From positions 1 to 7,614 of the forward strand of contig NW_021828812.1 in NCBI RefSeq assembly GCF_006345805.1: 7,614 nt of DNA. Reading direction: 5' to 3'. The position numbers and the translations under genes were made by a program. Each line of letters opens with the position of its first letter. Position 1 is the first letter of the stretch. The notes beneath the pieces were generated by a model. It had not been told where the DNA came from, did no database searches, and worked only from the letters and a program-made list of their open reading frames with translations. Below are positions 6,387 through 7,614 of this stretch, piece after piece. The DNA is from Octopus sinensis. Its lineage: Eukaryota.

Positions 6387-6575
6387 TGTATATATATATA
6401 CATACATATGTATATATATATACATACATATATGTCTATATATATATACATACATATATGTCTATATATATATACATACATATATGTCTATATATATATA
6501 CATACATATATGTCTATATATATATATACATACATATATGTATATATATATGTGTGTGTGTGTATAAACACACAC
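6041..6575. repeat. Compound (TA)n/(TACA)/(TG)n microsatellite containing a 26-bp minisatellite (6423-6540)
   Basis: A pure (TA)n run spans about 6259-6310. CATACATATATGTC(TA)n units start at 6423, 6449, 6475, 6501 and 6529. Confidence 0.92.
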
Positions 6576-6619
6576 ATCAATTTGTGGCACCACCATGCCT
6601 CATTAACCCAGGAAATAAT

Positions 6620-6921
6620 GGCAGATGAATGGTAGATGGGGGGGGCATAGTAGTGGGTGGTATAGCAGTAGCAGTAGGTGGTGGTAGTATTGCGTTAGTA
6701 TTGCGGTAGCAGTAGTAGTAATAGTGGTCTGTGGTAATGGTGGTGGGGTTGATATCATGTAACATACACGGAGCGGATAGTACTAGCAGTAGTGTAATAG
6801 TAGCTATAATTTGGTGGTAGTGGTAATTTTTTGTAGTTGCAATGTAGGTTCTTGCAATGATGATGATGATGATGATATCGGTGGTAGGTTTTGTTGTGTT
6901 CTACAGCTGCCCCCCCCCCCC
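6620..6921. repeat. Degenerate (GTA/GTG)n low-complexity tract, (GAT)n at about 6857-6876 and a C12 run at 6910-6921
   Basis: Direct reading of the sequence. Confidence 0.75.
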
Positions 6922-7107
6922 TGCCTCATCATTAAAATCATTTACGAAACATAGATATTAGCTTTGTTTGGACATTTCCTGAATGTCCAAATTAATTAGT
7001 CGAAGAATATTAATTTCAGTGTCAGAATAATGAGGACAATCTTTCTGGATCAAAATTGCAATGACGACCATGGAAGACAAAAGCTAATGAAGACATATGG
7101 AAATGAC

Positions 7108-7156
7108 CTCCAGCATGGCCACAGTCGAATGACTGCAACAAGCAAATAATAAAAGA
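7108..7156 (+). mobile_element. 3'-terminal fragment of SINE family A
   Basis: CTCCAGCATGGCCACAGTCGAATGACTGCAACAAG matches 7337-7371 and 4026-4060. Confidence 0.7.
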
Positions 7157-7180
7157 TGACAGATATATGGGAGTCTAAAC

Positions 7181-7387
7181 TATGTCCCCCATAACTGCTT
7201 GACAATTCGTGTTGGTGTGTTTATGTCCTCCATAAATTAGCACTCTGGTAAAAGCAATCAATTAATTAAGTACCAAGTCTTTAAGAAAAGCACTGGGGTC
7301 GATTCATTCAACTACAAAATTCTTTAAGATGGTGTTCCAGCATGGCCACAGTATAATGGCTGAAACAAGTAAAAGAGAAAAGATACT
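7181..7387 (+). mobile_element. 3' half of SINE family A, followed by a (TA)n-rich tail to about 7430
   Basis: TATGTCCCCCATAACTGCTTGACAA...TAAGTACC...CTGGGGTCGATT...CCAGCATGGCCACAGT...TGAAACAAGTAAAAGA; collinear with 3908-4066. Confidence 0.8.
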
Positions 7388-7614
7388 ATATATATATATA
7401 TAATAATAATATATATATATATATATAATATAAATTGGACATGGGCAATCATTGTATTCTTTCTTGTCTTGAGGTTCACAGCCAAATGGCTGGGTGGATT
7501 CACATGAAAAATGGCACACAGGTGGAGACAGGTGCATAGATTGGAATGCAGTTTGTATTTTTTTCCTCACCCCCATACTTACCAAGAAATCGATTAAAAC
7601 ATTTTTTAATGGAA

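Noticed and set aside
5828-6765. Numerous Y/I/H/T-rich ORFs (also at 1873-2249, 3675-3857 and 4707-4961)
   Set aside because: They are translations of (TA)n, (CA)n and (TG)n microsatellites, which lack stop codons in some frames.
7441-7540. LEVHSQMAGWIHMKNGTQVETGA* loosely resembles a flavin amine-oxidase LEAxxRxGGRxH...VExGA segment; also tested as the next unc-5 exon
   Set aside because: Few identities, an immediate stop and no upstream GxGxxG. It also lacks the VxWLK...YTC pattern expected of the next UNC5 exon.
7575-7583. ATACTTACC: the U1 snRNA 5' end on +, or a perfect GTAAGT donor on the minus strand
   Set aside because: The U1 match stops after 9 nt. Only 32 nt of putative minus-strand exon are visible and unrecognisable, so it cannot be supported here.

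Overview
This is AT-rich, repeat-saturated eukaryotic DNA. Its SINE, mariner and (TA)n/(TG)n content resembles a coleoid cephalopod such as Octopus (inference from repeat style). The only host coding sequence I can support is one 104-nt + strand exon (1528-1631) with good splice sites. It encodes [Y]LKKRFYREPISSFVKVEDTTQLECLPPDGDPMPE, the start of the second Ig domain of an UNC-5 netrin receptor, so the rest of the window is most likely unc-5 intron. The introns hold a decayed mariner transposase (minus strand, about 351-1110), about nine pieces of one microsatellite-bearing tRNA-type SINE family, a second tRNA-derived SINE, three copies of a (GAT)n-tailed retroposon, and microsatellites. The stand-out structure is a near-perfect 618-bp palindrome (4072-4689): 288-bp arms, 287/288 complementary, around a 42-nt spacer. 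Its junction suggests in-situ fold-back inside a SINE, and its single mismatch would be an A-C pair in the sense pre-mRNA. Nearly all ORFs in the supplied track are repeat-derived and non-coding.
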